DNA from: Paraspadella gotoi | Lineage: Eukaryota; Animalia; Chaetognatha | NCBI GenBank assembly: GCA_051294375.1 | Contig: CM119269.1 | Coordinates: 14,891,918-14,955,917 of the forward strand | DNA length: 64,000 bases | Direction: 5' to 3' | In this document: positions 60,743-64,000 of the stretch, piece by piece | Layout: every line of letters begins with the position of its first letter | How positions within the stretch are numbered: position 1 is the stretch's first letter | Program-made: the position numbers and the translations under genes | The notes under the pieces: model-generated | Told to the model about the DNA's origin: nothing | Seen by the model: only the letters and a program-made list of their open reading frames with translations | Databases searched by the model: none

Positions 60743-61901
60743 ATGGACACTGCGAAGATGTCACACTTTTCTTACTTTTCCCTTTTGTCTTTTTTGTGTC
60801 AACTCGTTTCCCTTCAAATGACGGGAATTAACGCTGACCCGGTCGGAATCAAAGGTAAGTTTGGGTCAGTTAAAACGGGGTCACGAATCCCCTTTCATGA
60901 AAGATTTTAGTGATTCTTCGTCCAGCGAAGATCGTTTTCTTTCACCGAAAACCTATTCGCATTTCATTTCAGGATTAAATCCAAAAAAGATGATCAAAAT
61001 CCCGCGGATTCCCAACAGTCGAACGCTGAGCATCAAGGTTTATAATCCGTGTAACTAATATTAATTAATTAATAATCATAATGACTCGCTCAATCTTTTA
61101 AAATCGATCCAGTCCGGGTTCCGCGGGTCCGGTCACATTAACCACGTGACTAATTTGGCCGACAATCCGTTGGCGAGGACGAAGACGACGACGACGACGA
61201 CGAAGAAGACGCAACTGTCTCACTCCGAGGAGAATCTTCAAAAGTTAAGCGACGTGGATTTCGTCGACTTTGACGTCAGCGCCCCCGCGTTTGACGTCAT
61301 TTCCGACGGAGATGACGTCGTCGCGACGCCGATGACGTCAATCGCTCAACTCGTGAATCGATGGAAAAACGTGACTTCGGGTAAAATAGGAGTTGTGACG
61401 ATCGAGGTGGATTTGCAACGTGAACCTTAGGGATTGTGATTTAAAGTTAAATAAATTAATCATGAAAATCACTGGCGGATTGAACGATGAATGCAAAAAT
61501 GCATAAATTGATTAATTGATTTATAAGTTTATCGATTAATTGATTGGTTAGATGGCGAAAAACTCATCGCATCGGCACCCACTCGCCATCGCCGTCAGGC
61601 TCTATCAGGTATCAGAAAATTCCTTTTATTTTCTCGGTTTAATCCGCATTTATATAGAAACTTAATGTTGTGTCGCAAGACAATCTTTTATTCTCTATTT
61701 CTCTCATTATAAACATAATCTATATTGAAAACATTTTACTTTTATTTATATTTTATCATGATTCCTAAATTTATTAAATAATTAGCTGAACGCGGATTGG
61801 CTCCCTTCGTCGCTCGTCACGTGAAGACGGTATTACGTCACTTGGAAACTGTGATTCTTCACTTGGAGGATTTGTTAAGAGACATGAAATACGTGGATTG
61901 A
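60743..61901 (+). CDS. Orphan secreted prepropeptide (~205 aa) with RHRR proprotein-convertase site
   Basis: Exons 60743-60854, 60973-61037, 61113-61380, 61552-61608 and 61786-61901 splice in phase. Translation: signal-like MSHFSYFSLLSFLCQLVSLQMTGINA, an acidic pro-region, TRHRR, then QALSAERGLAPFVARHVKTVLRHLETVILHLEDLLRDMKYVD*. Confidence 0.7.
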
Positions 61902-62261
61902 TTCCAATTCTTTTTTTTTTTTTTTTTTTTATCACTTTCTCTCTTTCTTAAACTTTCGTTCTCTCCCCGCAGATTGTAAATATGTTATATGTATGGTTTC
62001 AAATAAATTGTCATAGTTACGTATACTAAGAAATTGTCGATTTAAATTATGAGTTATGAGGTCAACCTTTCACAGTACAACAGTGTAGGATCAATTCCGA
62101 ATAAAAATTCCTCAAATTTTTTTCTAAAAACCAGTATTTTCAATCCAGCTATGGGCTTAGAACCAGGATTGGTGAATTTTCTTCTTCCCGGTTAGATGAC
62201 TGAAACCCGGGACCAGGAGGCCACAAGAGCTTCGGACATCTCGACTCTCCTTGAAACAACC

Positions 62262-62481
62262 TTATGGTGGACTAAAATCTACCAACCGTTCGTCAGCGGC
62301 CATTAGAGCCGGAGGCAAGTCATTCGCCTCCCAACTCAAAGGTCCGGGGTTCTAACCCGGTGGTCGCCTAGCAGTTAAGAGGGACGGGCCGCTTAACCTA
62401 CCTGTAACACGGTGTTACAGCCTGATCCGAAGCTCAGGGACTGCTTATATTGAACGGTTCTGTCATTAATACATAACAATA
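62262..62481 (+). mobile_element. tRNA-derived SINE-like dispersed repeat (tRNA-Gly-like head 62296-62367)
   Basis: Acceptor-like stem GCGGCCA/TGGTCGC, CTCCCAA loop and B-box-like GGTTCTAACCC. A near-identical inverted copy lies at 32033-32253. Confidence 0.8.
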
Positions 62482-63875
62482 GTTACTGTCTCTTCAACCT
62501 TAACGGGCGAAAATCTCTTTAAAGTTAAAACACGTTGCCAAAAAAAATTACTTTATTTTTAATAACAATTTTTTAAGAGATGAATTAGTACATAATGGAC
62601 TGATACACTAAACTCAATAGTGTAATTTTAAAATTTCATGTAGTAATTTTAACTTAATATAAATTAGCGTAAGTGTGACTTTGTGATCATCTATAATAAG
62701 CAAAAAAATGTTTTATACAAGGGCCTAAATTTCTACTTTAAACATTATAAAATACTGACATCTAAATTTAAAAAATATCGATTGTCTCATTCAGAATTTT
62801 AAAACCATGCTTTTATCAAATATCCAAACAATGTTTGAATTTTTTTAAACAGATAAAACTATTCTGGATTGAATTTAATTCTATATAATATGATCGCCTT
62901 TATCAAGTTGGCAAAATTAAAACATGATGTGCAATAAAACAAATATCTTAAAACTATTTTTTAGTGAAAATATTTCACAGCTGAATAAAAGACCAAAATT
63001 TGTTTAACCTACTTTAAAAAATTGGTTAATACTTATTAAATAGATATTAACTATGCTCTATTCAACTGCGAAAAAGAACAACTCTGAAATGTGATATCCA
63101 AAAGATTATGTTAATGATTTGAGCAATTTAGAAGAAGGCCTTCTGGAATGAAAATAACAAACTGCAGGCTAATACGAAGAACCATGAACTTTTTTTAGAA
63201 TGCCATAAAGCATAGCAAAGACTTTTGTTGCAGATATGAAGTCATGCATAATTTAAAATTTGAGAAATTTCGAAAAAATTATATGAGCAAAAGAATGTGT
63301 GATTATTTGGAATTGAAATTTAAAATACCAGTAATTTTTTAATTTAAGGTTAAAATTTAGATTATTTTGTGAATGCAAAATATCGAAAAGTATTCTAGAA
63401 TTTTTGGTTCCTTTATTCATTTAGCTGTTTATTATCAATTTTATAAATTCGTAATGTATTAGCAAAAATATTTGATTAATTTAGGTAATGCTCTAAACTA
63501 AATTTTTTAGTGATAGTTATTTTTTCAAAAGTTAAATACAACTGATGTTGCTTTCAGGGAACCAGTGCCAGAGAACAAACTTTGTATGGCGATGTGTCAT
63601 TTTGGTTCGTTAATATTTCTTAACAAACAAAATCAAGAAAATATGATTATTTAACTTTGTGAAGTTAAAAAATTTAGCCTGAAAAATGATAAAACTTCAC
63701 ACGTTTTCCTTATATTTCTAACATAGTAATAATATTTTCTCTTTTAAAAAGAGAATTTTATCTGGTTAATAAATCACAGAATGATGATCAGCTTCAGTTC
63801 AAACGGGAATGAAATGTATCATAACGCATATCATAACACAAACAAAATGAAATTATTGAATTTGATAATAAGCGT

Positions 63876-64000
63876 TCAAAGCGACGTTTCGTAGAGCGTC
63901 AACGAAGGAGGCGAGAGATGGCGTTTGCGTTCGACGTCGTTCTTCGTCGCCGGCGTCGAAGTATGTTCGATCGTCGACGCCACTTCGTCGTCGAGTTCGT
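63876..64000 (-). CDS. 3' end of a gene entering from the right edge; C-terminus ...SLTLYETSL* (class I PDZ-binding motif)
   Basis: GC/CpG-rich exon-like sequence translating ELDDEVASTIEHTSTPATKNDVERKRHLSPPSLTLYETSL then TGA, followed by AT-rich sequence. Confidence 0.6.
   Translation of the reverse strand, partial: ELDDEVASTIEHTSTPATKNDVERKRHLSPPSLTLYETSL

Noticed and set aside
62296-62367. Functional tRNA-Gly(CCC) gene
   Set aside because: The anticodon and D stems do not pair, and it is embedded in a dispersed repeat.

Overview
This window is eukaryotic (animal, probably invertebrate) genomic DNA from a gapped draft assembly. It has AT-rich GT-AG introns, many (GA)n/(GAC)n/(CAT)n/(GAAA)n microsatellites and several N gaps, so most short entries in the ORF track are noise. 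Splicing exons by hand gave six gene models. (1) A RhoGDI-family gene (+, 18159-18933) that appears to lack the N-terminal regulatory arm. (2) A large secreted protein (+, 25229-33434) with a signal peptide, 4x chitin-binding CBM14 plus Thr-rich linkers, about 19 six-Cys repeats, TSP1 and a single C-terminal VWD-C8-TIL module. (3) A DUF229 alkaline-phosphatase-superfamily type II membrane protein (+, 36769-41701). (4) IQCD/DRC10 (-, 42045-47305). (5) A secreted coiled-coil/H-type lectin (-, 48992-50690). (6) A SET-less ASH1L/SETBP1-like AT-hook protein (-, 51568-57416). There is also a 5-exon orphan secreted prepropeptide with an RHRR furin site (+, 60743-61901) and the last exon of a gene ending in the PDZ ligand ETSL. 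Mobile DNA includes an internally deleted Tc1, two copies of a tRNA-headed SINE-like element, a Helentron/DINE-like fragment, inverted MITE-like copies flanking the VWD module, and two related minimal hammerhead ribozymes in inverted repeats (Penelope-like). All family assignments come from motif recognition and recalled homolog sequences; no searches were run.
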